Counted from the first letter of the stretch, positions 10,581 to 22,038 are shown. The stretch is 64,000 nt of DNA from Planctomycetota bacterium (GCA_965222115.1 CBDCTJ010000001.1:384001-448000); one strand, 5' to 3'. Numbers and translations: made by a program. Notes: generated by a model not told the origin, from the sequence alone.

Positions 10581-12200
10581 CTACGTACTCGTCACACTCG
10601 CCGGATCGCTGACACCCAATGCGGCAACAATAAACTCGCGGAACAAGGGGTGCGGTCGTGTGGGCTTGCTCTTGAACTCGGGATGGAATTGCACGCCCAC
10701 AAAGAACGGGTGGTTCGGTAGTTCGACAATTTCAACGAGATCGCGATCGGGATTCACACCGCCAATAACCATGCCGTGCTCAATGAGCTTCTCTCGATAG
10801 GCGTTGTTGAATTCGAAGCGATGGCGGTGGCGTTCTTGAACCGTTTCGTCGTCGTAGGCGGCGCGGGAAATGGTGCCCGCACGCAACGCGCATCGGTAGG
10901 CACCCAAACGCATGGTGCCGCCCTTTTCAAGTCCCTGTTGATCGGCCATGAGATCGATTACGGGGTAGGGCGTCTCAGGATCAAACTCGGTGGAGTGTGC
11001 GCCGTCCATGCCGGCAACATTGCGCGCGTACTCAATCACCGCGCACTGCATGCCCAAACACAAGCCGAGAAACGGAACGCCGTTCTCGCGGGCCCATCTC
11101 ACGGCCAAAATCTTGCCTTCGATGCCACGCTTGCCGAATCCGCCCGGCACCACAACACCTGAAACACCGCCCAACGCCTCGCCAATGTTCTCCGGCGTCA
11201 AAGAAGCTGAATCGACGCGGCGAATGCGCACCTTCGCTTGGGCATGGAATCCACCATGGGCCAACGATTCATTCACACTCTTGTAGGCGTCACCCAGTTC
11301 GATGTATTTGCCAACCAAGGCGACTTCGACTTGCGCCTTGGGGTTGCGAATGCGTTCAAGCAACGCGTGATAGCGATCGAGCTTGAGATCGCCGTGGGGC
11401 AGCTCAAGTCGGTCGAGCGCGAGGCGATCAAGCCCCTGCTCGGCCAACATCTGAGGCAACTCGTAGATGCTCGTGGGTACGTCGAGTTCTTCGACGACAC
11501 GACCGCGCGGCACGTTGCAGAACAGCGAAAGCTTGGCTTTCATCTCGTCGGTCATGGGCAGTTCGGTACGACAAATCAAAATATCGGGCTGAATACCGAT
11601 TTCGCGCAGCTTCATGACCGAGTGTTGGCTGGGCTTGGTCTTGAGTTCCCCGCTGGTGCGCAAGTACGGAATGTAGGTCAAGTGCGCCACCACGGCATTC
11701 TCACTACCCACGTCCAAAATAAACTGACGAATGGCCTCAAGGAACGGCAGGCCCTCGATATCACCCACCGTGCCGCCGAGCTCGCAAATCAGTATGTCGG
11801 CGTCACCCGCGCCGCGACGGATGGCCTCTTTGATCTCGTCGGTAATGTGCGGAATGACTTGCACGGTCTTACCGAGGTAGTCGCCGCGTCGTTCTTTGCT
11901 AATGACGCTCGAGTAGATTTTTCCGGTGGTGTAGTTGCTGTCTTTGGTGAGTAGCGCACCCTCGGTAAAGCGCTCGTAGTGACCGAGGTCGAGGTCGGTC
12001 TCTGCGCCGTCTTCGGTTACATAGACTTCGCCATGTTGGTAGGGCGACATGGTGCCCGGATCGACGTTGATGTAGGGATCGAGCTTTTGATGCTGAATGG
12101 AGTAGCCATGACCTTCGAGGAGCAGCCCCATGGCAGCGGACGTGAGTCCTTTCCCCAAGCTCGACACAACACCACCAGTTACGAAGATGTACTTCGCCAC
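10581..12200 (-). CDS. pyrG: CTP synthase
   Basis: [49 protein letters not shown]. Confidence 0.98.
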   Translation of the reverse strand: MAKYIFVTGGVVSSLGKGLTSAAMGLLLEGHGYSIQHQKLDPYINVDPGTMSPYQHGEVYVTEDGAETDLDLGHYERFTEGALLTKDSNYTTGKIYSSVISKERRGDYLGKTVQVIPHITDEIKEAIRRGAGDADILICELGGTVGDIEGLPFLEAIRQFILDVGSENAVVAHLTYIPYLRTSGELKTKPSQHSVMKLREIGIQPDILICRTELPMTDEMKAKLSLFCNVPRGRVVEELDVPTSIYELPQMLAEQGLDRLALDRLELPHGDLKLDRYHALLERIRNPKAQVEVALVGKYIELGDAYKSVNESLAHGGFHAQAKVRIRRVDSASLTPENIGEALGGVSGVVVPGGFGKRGIEGKILAVRWARENGVPFLGLCLGMQCAVIEYARNVAGMDGAHSTEFDPETPYPVIDLMADQQGLEKGGTMRLGAYRCALRAGTISRAAYDDETVQERHRHRFEFNNAYREKLIEHGMVIGGVNPDRDLVEIVELPNHPFFVGVQFHPEFKSKPTRPHPLFREFIVAALGVSDPASVTST

Positions 12201-12305
12201 AGACCATTCTCCCGATAGGGCGCGGCGCCGCCGCGCGGGGGGAAGGAAAACGCAACCATACCACCCTCGACCGGCCCGGCCGAATGAGAGATTGCCCTCG
12301 GGAAT

Positions 12306-13043
12306 TTAGTCGCGACGAGGGACGTCCTTCGAGGCCGCGATCCGCGCTAGAAACTCGTCGTAGTCAGCACGGGTATCGATCCCCAGCGAACGCGCGGAAG
12401 CGTCAATTATGCGAATGCGCCACCCGTTCTCAAGCGCCCGCAACTGCTCAAGGCGCTCGCGCTGTTCGCCCTCTGTCTCGGGCAGCATGGGAAACGCCGC
12501 GAGCCTTGAACGGCGAAATGCGTAGATCCCCACATGGTGCAAGACCTCTGCACCCCTCTCGACCGAATCTGGATAGGCCCTCTGAAAGCCAATCGCCATA
12601 CCGTCCGAGTCGCGAATGGCCTTCACCGCATCCGGCGAGGCTGCCACCGAATCATTGGCGAAGGGCGTTGCCAACGTGGCCATGTCCGCCGTCGCCGCCG
12701 CCTGGGCTACACGCGCAAGATCGCCCGGCTCCACCAGTGGCTCGTCCCCTTGCAGATTAACGATGACGTCGTGCGCGAGCGAGGCCGCCACTTCAGCACA
12801 CCGCGACGTTCCTGACGGGTGGTCCGATCGCGTGCGCCTAACTGCGCCGCCAAATGACCGAACGGCTGACTCGATGTCATCACTGTCGGTACAGACCATC
12901 ACATCGGGACCACCAGGGGCCAACTGCGCGCGCTCAACAACATGTTGAATGAGCGACTTCCCCGACTCGGCAAGCAGGAGCTTGCGCGGCAAACGCGTAC
13001 TTTTGAGACGCGCGGGAATAAGAATGGCATACGAAAGCGTCAA
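12306..13043 (-). CDS. kdsB: 3-deoxy-manno-octulosonate cytidylyltransferase
   Basis: IPARLKSTRLPRK, SGTSR, VNLQGDEP, HVGIYAF, LEQLRALENG. Confidence 0.95.
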   Translation of the reverse strand: MTLSYAILIPARLKSTRLPRKLLLAESGKSLIQHVVERAQLAPGGPDVMVCTDSDDIESAVRSFGGAVRRTRSDHPSGTSRCAEVAASLAHDVIVNLQGDEPLVEPGDLARVAQAAATADMATLATPFANDSVAASPDAVKAIRDSDGMAIGFQRAYPDSVERGAEVLHHVGIYAFRRSRLAAFPMLPETEGEQRERLEQLRALENGWRIRIIDASARSLGIDTRADYDEFLARIAASKDVPRRD

Positions 13044-13067
13044 GACACGCGAATCTTAGGTCACAGA

Positions 13068-14021
13068 CTAGCGACCGCGGTCACGATCGTCGTAGTCGTC
13101 ATCGTCCTCGTATTTGTCGTTATCGTCCCGGGCGCGGCGATCATCGCCGGAGCGTAGACGGCGCGAACGCGACGATCCTTTTGACGGCTCAGTGGGCAGC
13201 ACACCCTCGCGCGTCACGCCGGTCCAGTTGAGCGTAGGACGGCGATTTCGCATGATCAGAATGGCGCGTTTGGCCGACGAATAGAGTTTGGGAATCTGCT
13301 TCGTACTCGGATTGAGGCCCTGACCGCGCATGTTGAGCAACGTCACACTCTCGCCGGCACGCTCCACCGTCACGCGACCGCGCGCGCGGCTGTGATCGAA
13401 ATTGGACGACACGTCATCGGTGTCGCGCGCGTAGCGGTAGTAGCCTTCCTTCTCAAGTTGGCGCACAAGTCCCTTGAGATCCGAGTCGGGTACCACCGTA
13501 ATGTGAGCACGTGCTTCGAGTTCTTCGTTGCCCGCCTTGCGATCGGTCTTGGCGTCGGGATGCCCTTCGCTCACAAGCGTAATCTTCATGTCGGCATCGG
13601 GACCGCGATAGGTATTACGCTTTTGCTTGGAGGCCTCATAGAGCTCACGCTCACGCGCCAGCCCCTCCCACGTAACCTTGATCGCTACGCCTCGTCGCGC
13701 GCGGTGGCCGCGATCGTCCTCGTCCTTGAAGTAGTCAAGCACGCCGTCATCTTCGGGATCGTCGTCGCGGCGATCGTCCTCGTCCATACGCCCACCGGAC
13801 TTACGAAACTCCTCAAGCTTCTTCTTGCGGGCTTCGGCCAAGGCCTGCTGCTTGCGTTTCGCGTTCTTCGAAAGCCTCGCAAGGAAGTGATCATCTTCCT
13901 TCTTCTCAGGTTGGCTGGCGCACGACGGCAGCATCAGTAAACACAGAGCCACGGCAACCGCCCGAAGCACGATCGATCGGAACGATCCATGCCGCGCGGT
14001 GGTGGTCAGTGGTCCCGTCAT
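13068..14021 (-). CDS. Hypothetical lipoprotein with highly charged termini
   Basis: Lipobox-like LMLPS-C and Asp/Arg-rich low-complexity segments. The start is uncertain (ORF extends to 14105). Confidence 0.65.
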   Translation of the reverse strand: MTGPLTTTARHGSFRSIVLRAVAVALCLLMLPSCASQPEKKEDDHFLARLSKNAKRKQQALAEARKKKLEEFRKSGGRMDEDDRRDDDPEDDGVLDYFKDEDDRGHRARRGVAIKVTWEGLARERELYEASKQKRNTYRGPDADMKITLVSEGHPDAKTDRKAGNEELEARAHITVVPDSDLKGLVRQLEKEGYYRYARDTDDVSSNFDHSRARGRVTVERAGESVTLLNMRGQGLNPSTKQIPKLYSSAKRAILIMRNRRPTLNWTGVTREGVLPTEPSKGSSRSRRLRSGDDRRARDDNDKYEDDDDYDDRDRGR

Positions 14022-14284
14022 CCAGTGCGTCCTTCGAACTTCGTTGTGGCGGCGATTCGTAGGCCGCACGCCGCAATCATGCGACGGACGGTTGCGCTTG
14101 GCCACTCAAAACACGCCTCACACGCAACGGAAGGGACGAACTTCACGAGAATCGACGTCGAAGTGACGAATGCGTGACGAATCACTACGAGGTAGGCACG
14201 GAAACTGGAGGCTCCCACATGACGCTTCGACGCACCCCCATTGCACCATCGACCGACGCAACAAACAGGTGTACCCTCGGTCGC

Positions 14285-15760
14285 ATGAAACGCAGTTGCT
14301 TGATTCAAACCCGCGGCTTGGCTGCAATGACAGCCGTCATCTTGACGACGATCGCTATGCCCGCCGAAGCTCGCGAAGAACTACTCCCTCCGGGTATCGT
14401 GGCAAGGGTCGCGGGACGTGATATGCCCCTCCAAGGCTTTCACCGCGCGCTCGTCAAACACTCCGAACGCGACTTGAAGGAAACCAAGAGTGGCGCGCGT
14501 GCGGTCTTGGAGCAGATGATTGAAGAGCGCGCGGTCCTCCTGTGGTGTCGAGCCAACAACGTGCGCATCGCGAAAGCGGACGTCGACGCCCGCCTACAGA
14601 AATTCGATCGAGAGATCCGACGCCATTCGGGTGGGCAACGAACGCTGCGCGACGAAATCAAGCGCCGCGGCAATACAGAACATGAGATTCGCCAGCAACT
14701 GGTGCACGAGCTTCGCAAACAGGCCTACGCCAACCACAAGCTCGGCGGCACGATGCCCAAGGACGAACATGCGCGTATTCATCAAACCAAAGTCGTGATC
14801 GCCGAACTTCGAAATAAGTTGACCAAGGTCGAATACGGCCTGCCCATGCGCGACGTCGAATCGGTGACGCTACCGAAGGACGTGGTCTGCCGCGTGAACG
14901 GCGACCCCATTACTGTTGCGCAATTTGGTAAGCAGCTCGCCATTCGCCTACCGTCCAACGAGATTCGCGAGATCTTGGATCGCGAATGCAAGATCGCGCT
15001 CATGACGTCGGCCAGTATTCGATTGAGCGATAAGGAACTGCTCGAAGAAATCGATGTCGTGCGCCGCTTATGGCCGCTTGAGCGCGGAATTCAACGCGAA
15101 GACATTTGGCGTACGGTGAGTTTCGACGATCGCTTCAAGGCCCTGTTCAAAATGACCACAAAGGACGTTCACGCGTCACGATTTTTGCGCGGGCAGTTTG
15201 GGCTCATTCGAAAAATGCGTCCCGCAGTCACGGATGAAGACGTGGCGAAGGAGTTCGAAGAGCGCAAGTCAACGATGTTTGGCAAGCAGATGCTCGCGGC
15301 CGACTTCCGATTCGCATTCGCGCAAAAGAAGCAGATGTTCGGCGGCCCCAAGCGTTCGCGTAACGCCGCCCAACGCGAAGCGCGCCAAGTATTGGCGTGG
15401 CTCGAAAGCGGTATGCCGCTATCGGAAGCCATGCGCCGCATTGGGAACCGACGGGACCAGTTCACCACGGCGATGAAAGTGCGCCTCAACAACAAGGGCA
15501 ACGACAAGCTGCTCTACGATGCAGTGGCCAAGTTGCGAGACGGCGAATGGAGTTCACCCATTGAGACACTCTCCGAAGTGCATATTTTGGTGCGCACGGG
15601 AACGCAACCAGCGCGCAAGCGAAACGAAGTAGCGCCGCTCGTGCGCGAACTTCTCGCACGGCGCCGCGCGCGCGAGTGGATTGAAAAGCGCATCAAAGAC
15701 CCCAAAATAGTGCGCGTTCGCTGGCCCCTGGATGAACGCCGCGATACGCCGCCGCGGTAG
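14285..15760 (+). CDS. SurA/PrsA-like periplasmic chaperone with degenerate parvulin domain
   Basis: Signal peptide, two SurA-N-like repeats (IVARVAGRDM; VVCRVNGDPIT) and C-terminal LRDGEWSSPIETLSEVHIL. Start uncertain. Confidence 0.65.
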   Translation: MKRSCLIQTRGLAAMTAVILTTIAMPAEAREELLPPGIVARVAGRDMPLQGFHRALVKHSERDLKETKSGARAVLEQMIEERAVLLWCRANNVRIAKADVDARLQKFDREIRRHSGGQRTLRDEIKRRGNTEHEIRQQLVHELRKQAYANHKLGGTMPKDEHARIHQTKVVIAELRNKLTKVEYGLPMRDVESVTLPKDVVCRVNGDPITVAQFGKQLAIRLPSNEIREILDRECKIALMTSASIRLSDKELLEEIDVVRRLWPLERGIQREDIWRTVSFDDRFKALFKMTTKDVHASRFLRGQFGLIRKMRPAVTDEDVAKEFEERKSTMFGKQMLAADFRFAFAQKKQMFGGPKRSRNAAQREARQVLAWLESGMPLSEAMRRIGNRRDQFTTAMKVRLNNKGNDKLLYDAVAKLRDGEWSSPIETLSEVHILVRTGTQPARKRNEVAPLVRELLARRRAREWIEKRIKDPKIVRVRWPLDERRDTPPR

Positions 15761-15782
15761 CCTGCGCCTATACGCCGCTTCG

Positions 15783-17318
15783 CTACGAATCGGCGTGCAT
15801 CCGTAGCCAGGCCTCTTCGGCGGCGTACAGATGCTCGGGGACCTTGCCCAGTTGTTCTTTGGCTTCCTGCAACGCTGCCCGCGCCTCGGCAACGTTCTTG
15901 GCGTCCGCCGCCTTCCAGAACTTGCGATGTGCCGTTTGCGCAATGGCCGCCTCGCCGGCCTTGCTAAGCCCCTTGTGCTCGGTCCACCAGTCAAACCACG
16001 CGTTGGCCACGGCGAGGCGCGACGTGGATCCACTGCTGCCATTCTTGAAGATCTCAAGAATAATCGCATCGAGTTTGCGCGGGTCGGTACTGGCGAGCTT
16101 CATGGTTGAGTCGTCAAAGCCGACGAGTTTTCTTGCCGTTAGCTGCAAACCACGCAACGCCTCTCGAAAGGCGACTTCCGACTTGGCTTCATTTCGAATT
16201 ATGGCGATGAAGCAACCTTGAAAGCGGTTCTTTGCCAGGAACTGATGCGCAGCTTGGACTGCGCTGGAACGAACGGTGCTTTCCTTGTCAAAGAAGTAGG
16301 TGGCAAAATCGTCCAGAAACGACGTGTCTCCCGAACCCGCCATGACTTCAAGTGCGTGGCGCCGTTCCTCACTATCGCGAGTCGAATCCGTCACGATGGA
16401 GAGAATGTTGGCCTTGTCGTCGCGCGTCCATTCGGGCATGCGGCGGTAATGAATGAGCGCAGCCAAACGCAACATGTGTTGATTGCTGGCCAAGGCCTCG
16501 GCGTTGATGCGTCGAACTTCGCTGGCATCAATAGCATCGGCGCACACCTCGTCCATAGACATCATACGGAACAGGTTTTGAAGCGCACGCATCCGCACCA
16601 CCACGTAGGGCGATGACTCGGCAAGAGCTTTCAATTGCGGCACGCTTTCGCAGTCCTGAAATTGACGCACGGCTTCAATGGCGGTTTCCATAAGCCGACT
16701 TTCCAATTTGCGATCGGTAGCGGGATTGTTTGATGCCGTCAAAAGAGGACGAATGACGGGCATCGCCTCGTTCATGTCAATTTTTCGGGCCAACCCCACG
16801 GCATGGGTACGGCTCATGTCATCTTCGCGGGCAAGCCAGTTGGCAATGATCTTCTGCGCTTGCCATCGATCGTCCTTGACGTAGTAGTTCACAAACGTGG
16901 ACTGAGTGGACAACGCCTTTAGCGCGACTTCTTGTGCGCGCGGGGCGCCGTTCTTGAGCGCGTCTTCCAATTGCGTGCGTCGATTGCGCTGAAGCAACAA
17001 CTTGCCGCATGTAAGGCGCACTTCAAATGAGCGACTGTCGTTGTGAAGCGCTTGCTTGAGTCGCTCATTGACCGCGGCCGCATCGGGATGCTCGGTCAGC
17101 TTGTCGATCATCTCCTTGACCACCTTGGGGTTGTCGGAGTTGAGTCCGTTGATCAGAATAGAATGCTGCAACGAGGGCCACCAGAGGTAGAGCCCCACAC
17201 CAAGTGCCAACACGAGAGGGAGGCCAATCCAAAGAAACCGCTTCCACGACGAAGATGACGCACGCGACGCATCGGTTGGTGGCATGGCGGCTGGTGGCGT
17301 GGCGGTTGAATCGTCCAT
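15783..17318 (-). CDS. Membrane-anchored HEAT-repeat protein
   Basis: N-terminal TM helix and HEAT-like units (SFEVRLTCGKLL, YVVVRMRALQNL, ESTVRSSAVQA). GGAG upstream of start. Confidence 0.7.
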   Translation of the reverse strand: MDDSTATPPAAMPPTDASRASSSSWKRFLWIGLPLVLALGVGLYLWWPSLQHSILINGLNSDNPKVVKEMIDKLTEHPDAAAVNERLKQALHNDSRSFEVRLTCGKLLLQRNRRTQLEDALKNGAPRAQEVALKALSTQSTFVNYYVKDDRWQAQKIIANWLAREDDMSRTHAVGLARKIDMNEAMPVIRPLLTASNNPATDRKLESRLMETAIEAVRQFQDCESVPQLKALAESSPYVVVRMRALQNLFRMMSMDEVCADAIDASEVRRINAEALASNQHMLRLAALIHYRRMPEWTRDDKANILSIVTDSTRDSEERRHALEVMAGSGDTSFLDDFATYFFDKESTVRSSAVQAAHQFLAKNRFQGCFIAIIRNEAKSEVAFREALRGLQLTARKLVGFDDSTMKLASTDPRKLDAIILEIFKNGSSGSTSRLAVANAWFDWWTEHKGLSKAGEAAIAQTAHRKFWKAADAKNVAEARAALQEAKEQLGKVPEHLYAAEEAWLRMHADS

Positions 17319-17510
17319 GAGGACTCCGAGTTCCGGGCGTGGGCCTGCGCTCGACCAAGAGGCGACGGCTCACCTTACCGACACGCAAAATCGCGCACGA
17401 CATTCCGCCGCGAGTGGCCGGGTCGAATGCGGTCGAAGTGGTAGGGTGTGGCCAATAGCCCCATGGGCCGTTTGAATCGCGAACCCGCCCCATTGCTGGA
17501 GCATGTACCC

Positions 17511-18461
17511 ATGGCCGCGCGCCCAGTCGATCCACCGTCCTTCACGGTTGAGGCCGGATCGGCCGACGCGGGCATGCGGGTCGACAAATTCCTCGCAACG
17601 CGCATTGACTCCGTGAGTCGCAGTGCACTGCAACGGCTGATTGGGGAGGGGTGCGTGCGAATCGACGGGCAGCCCACGCAAGCGAGTGATGCCAAGCGCA
17701 AGATTCAAGGCAGCGAGCGCATTGCTATATGGACACCGAAACCCGCGCCGCACCACGTGACCCCCGAGAACATTCCTATCGAGATCGTTTTCGAGGATGA
17801 ACACATCGTGGTGGTGAACAAACCTCACGGACTCACCGTGCATCCTGGCAGCGGACAACCCGACGGGACCCTTGCCAACGCACTTGTACACCACGTCGCG
17901 TCCATTGCGTCCGTAGGCGCGGAAGGACGCCCGGGCATTGTGCATCGCCTGGATCGTGATACGTCCGGTGTCATGGTCGTCGCAAAGGATGAGGCATCGC
18001 ATCGCGTGCTCTCAGCGGCGTTCGCGGAGCGCACGGTGAGCAAGGTGTACGTCGCTTGCGTGCACGGCCAACTCGATGCAAACGAAGGCACGATTGAGCT
18101 ACCGCTTGGACGATCCTTACGCAACCGTACACGTATGGCCGTTCGCCACGACGGCGGACGCCCGTCCACGACACGGTGGATGTGTCAGGAGCGGATGCGC
18201 GACCACAGCATGCTTCACTGCTTTCCGCAAACGGGTCGCACGCATCAAATTCGAGTTCACCTGCGCGCGTTGGGCCATCCGATTGTGGGTGATCCGTTCT
18301 ACGGACGTCGCCAGCTCGACAAGAGGCTCGGCAGCCCGCGCCTCATGCTTCACGCATTCCGGCTGGGGTTTACCCACCCCATTTCCCATGCACCACGTTC
18401 GTTCGAAGTGCCACCACCCAAGGCGTTCGATGCGGTGCTGGATCAGCTTCGCAGTCCCTAG
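17511..18461 (+). CDS. rluD: RluA/RluD-family pseudouridine synthase
   Basis: S4 domain (RVDKFLA...SRS), VNKPHG, IVHRLDRDTSG, TGRTHQIRVH, IVGDPFYG. Confidence 0.9.
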   Translation: MAARPVDPPSFTVEAGSADAGMRVDKFLATRIDSVSRSALQRLIGEGCVRIDGQPTQASDAKRKIQGSERIAIWTPKPAPHHVTPENIPIEIVFEDEHIVVVNKPHGLTVHPGSGQPDGTLANALVHHVASIASVGAEGRPGIVHRLDRDTSGVMVVAKDEASHRVLSAAFAERTVSKVYVACVHGQLDANEGTIELPLGRSLRNRTRMAVRHDGGRPSTTRWMCQERMRDHSMLHCFPQTGRTHQIRVHLRALGHPIVGDPFYGRRQLDKRLGSPRLMLHAFRLGFTHPISHAPRSFEVPPPKAFDAVLDQLRSP

Positions 18462-18494
18462 ACGTTACGTAAGCGGGCCTCATCCAAAAATGAG

Positions 18495-18524
18495 AAAAGG
18501 CCACCCGCATTGCGGATGGCCTTT
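18495..18524. terminator. Rho-independent terminator (probably bidirectional)
   Basis: Hairpin AAAGGCCA-C-CCGCA-T-TGCGG-A-TGGCCTTT between convergent genes, with a U-rich tail on the minus strand. Confidence 0.75.
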
Positions 18525-18600
18525 GGTAGGCGGCTTGCGCGCCGCCCCATGCAGAAAATACGAGTTACGTATCTACCTGTCGTCTTCTTGAAAAACGGAT

Positions 18601-19437
18601 CTACTTGACGAACGGCTGGTCGCCAAGGAGTCCAACGCTGAGGATGGCGAACGAACGCGTGCGCGTATCGTAATCCTTCTCGTTGTTGAAGACCTCAAAC
18701 ATCAAGTCGCGAACCTTGCTGAGCTCAGTTGCCGAGAACTGGCGAGCAGGATCGGCACGGCGAAGCACGCCGTAGCCAAGCGCGGCCGACTGGTGGACGA
18801 TGACGTCTTCATCTTTGTGAAGGCCATTCTTGAGCAACTCAATGTGAGCAGGCTTGGTAGCAATCTTGCCGCCAGCGATGTAAGCGGCGGAACGAGCATC
18901 GGAGTGCTTTACGTTCTTGCGGTCCATCGCCCACTTGAGCGTCTCGATGATGTCGGTACGTACCAACGCGTCGGTTGCGTGCGTCGAGTCGGAGCGGTTT
19001 GCTGTGTCGCCACCACCGATCTGGAAGAGCGGGTTCTGCGAAGACACGCGGGTGTAGAGTGACTTCTTCAAGTTCTCAATGCCGGCGTTGTTGTAGTGGT
19101 ACCAGAAGTTCCACGTCTCAAACCCAGTGCTTGCCTTCTTGGGCTTACGCTTCTCGGGACCAACCTGAGGACCCGTGGGTGCTTCCGTAGCAGGCGGAGC
19201 CGTATCGGGCGTGGGCGCTGCGGGAGGCGTGGTGGGGCCAGATGTAGGAGGCGCCGAAGGCGGCGTGGTGGGGCTTTCGGCCGGGGGGGGCGTTGCGGGG
19301 GTTGGATCTTCGGCTTCGCGAAGACCTGGGGGAATCTCACCCGCACCACCGCGATACTGGCCACCGTGTGCCCAGCAGTCGTTTGCGGTGAAGAGGAGAG
19401 CAGCACCGGCAACCAATACTCCGATGACAAGCTTCAT
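18601..19437 (-). CDS. Secreted Pro/Thr-linker HEAT-repeat protein (short, possibly truncated)
   Basis: GGAGAA before MKLVIG; signal peptide, HGGQYRG, Pro/Thr-rich linker, WNFWYHYN, then about 3 HEAT-like units. Confidence 0.7.
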   Translation of the reverse strand: MKLVIGVLVAGAALLFTANDCWAHGGQYRGGAGEIPPGLREAEDPTPATPPPAESPTTPPSAPPTSGPTTPPAAPTPDTAPPATEAPTGPQVGPEKRKPKKASTGFETWNFWYHYNNAGIENLKKSLYTRVSSQNPLFQIGGGDTANRSDSTHATDALVRTDIIETLKWAMDRKNVKHSDARSAAYIAGGKIATKPAHIELLKNGLHKDEDVIVHQSAALGYGVLRRADPARQFSATELSKVRDLMFEVFNNEKDYDTRTRSFAILSVGLLGDQPFVK

Positions 19438-19488
19438 GGGTTCTCCTTCGTCATTAGGGACAGGAACATGATTTGAATGCGCCACGCG

Positions 19489-19534
19489 CCCCGTCTTTGC
19501 AGAACGAGGAACCCCGTCTTTGTAGAACGAGGAA
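19489..19534. repeat. Tandem 23-bp direct repeat x2
   Basis: CCCCGTCTTTGCAGAACGAGGAA followed immediately by CCCCGTCTTTGTAGAACGAGGAA (1 mismatch). Confidence 0.9.
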
Positions 19535-20003
19535 CGAGGTGCACTGAATTCTGTACGATCGCGGAAGAAATCGTGTGCCGTCCAAGATACTACGAATCGT
19601 GCCTTTTGGCTTCGATCCGCCGTCTTCTAAGGACGACTCGAAACTCTCCGCGGATTGGACGACGCTGATTCACCTGGTGATGGTGACCCAGGCGTCGTCA
19701 CACCAAATCCTACGCACGAAGAGTGCCTCTTGGACAACTTGCCGCGCATTCGGCCGTATCGCTTAGATCACACGTCGTAAGTTACCTGATGATAACGATT
19801 TGCGTCGGATCGACGTGTCGTTTGCATACAAGTAGCATTCACGAAACACGTCCTCACAGCGCCCGCGTGCTACCTCTAGGTAGCAACCGTCGCGAGAATG
19901 TGCGAATTGCCCCCGGTCCGCGACCGCAGGACGGGGATTCGAAAAGGGAAGAACTCGCGGCGGAAGTGGGAAGCGGAGCAACCGTTCCGTAGGCTTCCTC
20001 GCC

Positions 20004-20471
20004 ATGCCCCCCATCGACTCTCCTGCCCCAACCCAATCGTTCGCCCACCTCGGGCCCGTGGATCACATTGGCATCGCCGTCAAGGATTTGGGCGCTGCCA
20101 AGCAGCTGTACGGAGACACCTTCGGCCTCTCGGTGGTCTTTGAAGAAGAGGTGGCTACCGAGCACGTGCGCGTCGTCGCGTATGACGGTGGCGGCATGCG
20201 CATTGAACTGCTTGAGAGTACCGATCCCGAAGGTCCGATCGCGCGCTTTATCGCCAAGCGCGGCGAAGGCATTCACCATGTTTGTTATCGCGTCCACGAC
20301 ATCGACGCCACGCTTCGCCACTTAGACGCCGCAGGGGTGCGATTGATCGACAAGACGTCCAGACCCGGTGCGGGTGGGTGTCGCGTTGCCTTTATTCACC
20401 CCAAAGGCGCTGGCGGCGTGCTGGTCGAAATCTCACAACCGCCATCAGGAGGATCACCGCATGACGCCTGA
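20004..20471 (+). CDS. mce: Methylmalonyl-CoA epimerase
   Basis: [34 protein letters not shown]; lies directly upstream of the carboxylase genes. Confidence 0.93.
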   Translation: MPPIDSPAPTQSFAHLGPVDHIGIAVKDLGAAKQLYGDTFGLSVVFEEEVATEHVRVVAYDGGGMRIELLESTDPEGPIARFIAKRGEGIHHVCYRVHDIDATLRHLDAAGVRLIDKTSRPGAGGCRVAFIHPKGAGGVLVEISQPPSGGSPHDA

Positions 20472-22038
20472 CGCGCGCCCAGACGAACCGCACGTTCCAT
20501 CGGCCATCGATGAACTCAACCGTCGCCGGGAGGCAACAAAGTTGGGTGGTGGCGTGGATGCCATTGAACGCCAACATAAGCGCGGCAAACTGACTGCGCG
20601 GGAACGCCTCGACCTGTTACTCGATAGTGGAAGTTTCGAGGAACTTGATCCCTTCAAAATGCATCGCTGCCGTGACTTTGGCATGGACGAAAAACGCATA
20701 CCTGGCGATGGTGTTGTAATGGGCATGGGTCGCATCGATGGTCGCGTTGTGGCGGCGTTTGCGCAGGACTTCACCGTGTTTGGTGGTTCGCTCAGCGGTG
20801 CCAACGCGGAGAAAGTGTGCAAGCTCATGGACATGGCCATGAAAGTTGGCTGTCCCGTACTTGGCCTCAATGATTCGGGCGGAGCGCGCATCCAAGAAGG
20901 CGTCGTTTCACTGGGTGGCTACGCCGACATCTTCTTGCGCAATACCCTCGCATCGGGTGTTATTCCGCAAATTTCGGCAGTTTTAGGGCCCTGTGCCGGA
21001 GGAGCGGTCTACTCGCCCGCGATTACCGACTTTGTCGTGATGGCCGAAGGCACGTCCTATATGTACGTGACCGGACCGGGCGTAACCAAGACCGTTACGC
21101 ACGAGGAAGTGACCCACGAAGAGCTCGGCGGTGCTTCCGTTCACTCCGAAAAGTCGGGCGTTGCACACTTTCGTGTGCCGGATGAATCCGCAGCCATTGC
21201 CACACTCAAACGTCTGCTTGCGTTTCTTCCTCAGAACAACGCGGAGGGTCCTCCTCAAGGTCCACCCGGCGACGACATCAATCGCATGGACGATGCGCTC
21301 AACACCATCGTTCCCGAGGATCCCAATCGACCGTATGACATGCGCGATGTCATTCGCCGCATTGTTGATCACGGTGACTTCTTGGAAGTCCACGAACATT
21401 TCGCGGGCAACATCGTGGTTGGCTTTGCACACCTCGGCCAACGTGCCGTCGGCATCGTTGCCAATCAACCGCAGGTGCTCGCGGGGTGCCTAGACGTAAA
21501 CGCGTCGATCAAGGCTGCGCGCTTCGTTCGCTTTTGCGACGCGTTCAACATTCCCCTCGTCACGTTTGAAGACGTGCCTGGATTCTTGCCGGGTACGGAC
21601 CAAGAGTGGAACGGCATTATTCGCAATGGGGCCAAGTTGCTCTACGCCTACTGCGAAGCCACGGTGCCCAAGCTCACCGTGATTACACGCAAGGCCTACG
21701 GCGGCGCCTACGACGTGATGTCCAGCAAACACATTCGGGGCGATTGGAACGTGGCGTGGCCCACCGCCGAAGTCGCTGTGATGGGCGCCAAAGGCGCTGT
21801 CGAAGTGATCTTTCGAAAGGAGATCGCGGCGGCCGATGAGCCGGCGGTCGTGCAAGCGACGCGCGAAGCCGAGTACCGCGAGCGCTTTGCCAACCCCTAC
21901 GTGGCGGCCGAGCGCGGCTACCTCGACGACGTGATTGAGCCGCGCCACACACGCCCCAAACTCATCGCCGCATTGGCATTTCTGGAGACCAAACGCGACC
22001 AGAACCCGCCCAAGAAGCACGGGAACATTCCGCTTTGA
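20461..22038 (+). CDS. pccB: Propionyl-CoA/acyl-CoA carboxylase carboxyltransferase (beta) subunit
   Basis: [56 protein letters not shown]. Confidence 0.93.
   Translation: MTPDARPDEPHVPSAIDELNRRREATKLGGGVDAIERQHKRGKLTARERLDLLLDSGSFEELDPFKMHRCRDFGMDEKRIPGDGVVMGMGRIDGRVVAAFAQDFTVFGGSLSGANAEKVCKLMDMAMKVGCPVLGLNDSGGARIQEGVVSLGGYADIFLRNTLASGVIPQISAVLGPCAGGAVYSPAITDFVVMAEGTSYMYVTGPGVTKTVTHEEVTHEELGGASVHSEKSGVAHFRVPDESAAIATLKRLLAFLPQNNAEGPPQGPPGDDINRMDDALNTIVPEDPNRPYDMRDVIRRIVDHGDFLEVHEHFAGNIVVGFAHLGQRAVGIVANQPQVLAGCLDVNASIKAARFVRFCDAFNIPLVTFEDVPGFLPGTDQEWNGIIRNGAKLLYAYCEATVPKLTVITRKAYGGAYDVMSSKHIRGDWNVAWPTAEVAVMGAKGAVEVIFRKEIAAADEPAVVQATREAEYRERFANPYVAAERGYLDDVIEPRHTRPKLIAALAFLETKRDQNPPKKHGNIPL

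Noticed and set aside
1366-13043. kdsA separated from kdsB-pyrG
   Set aside because: An ordinary rearrangement of a commonly linked gene set, with no sign of a mobile element.
19489-19534. Possible CRISPR repeat
   Set aside because: Only two abutting copies, no spacers and no cas genes.
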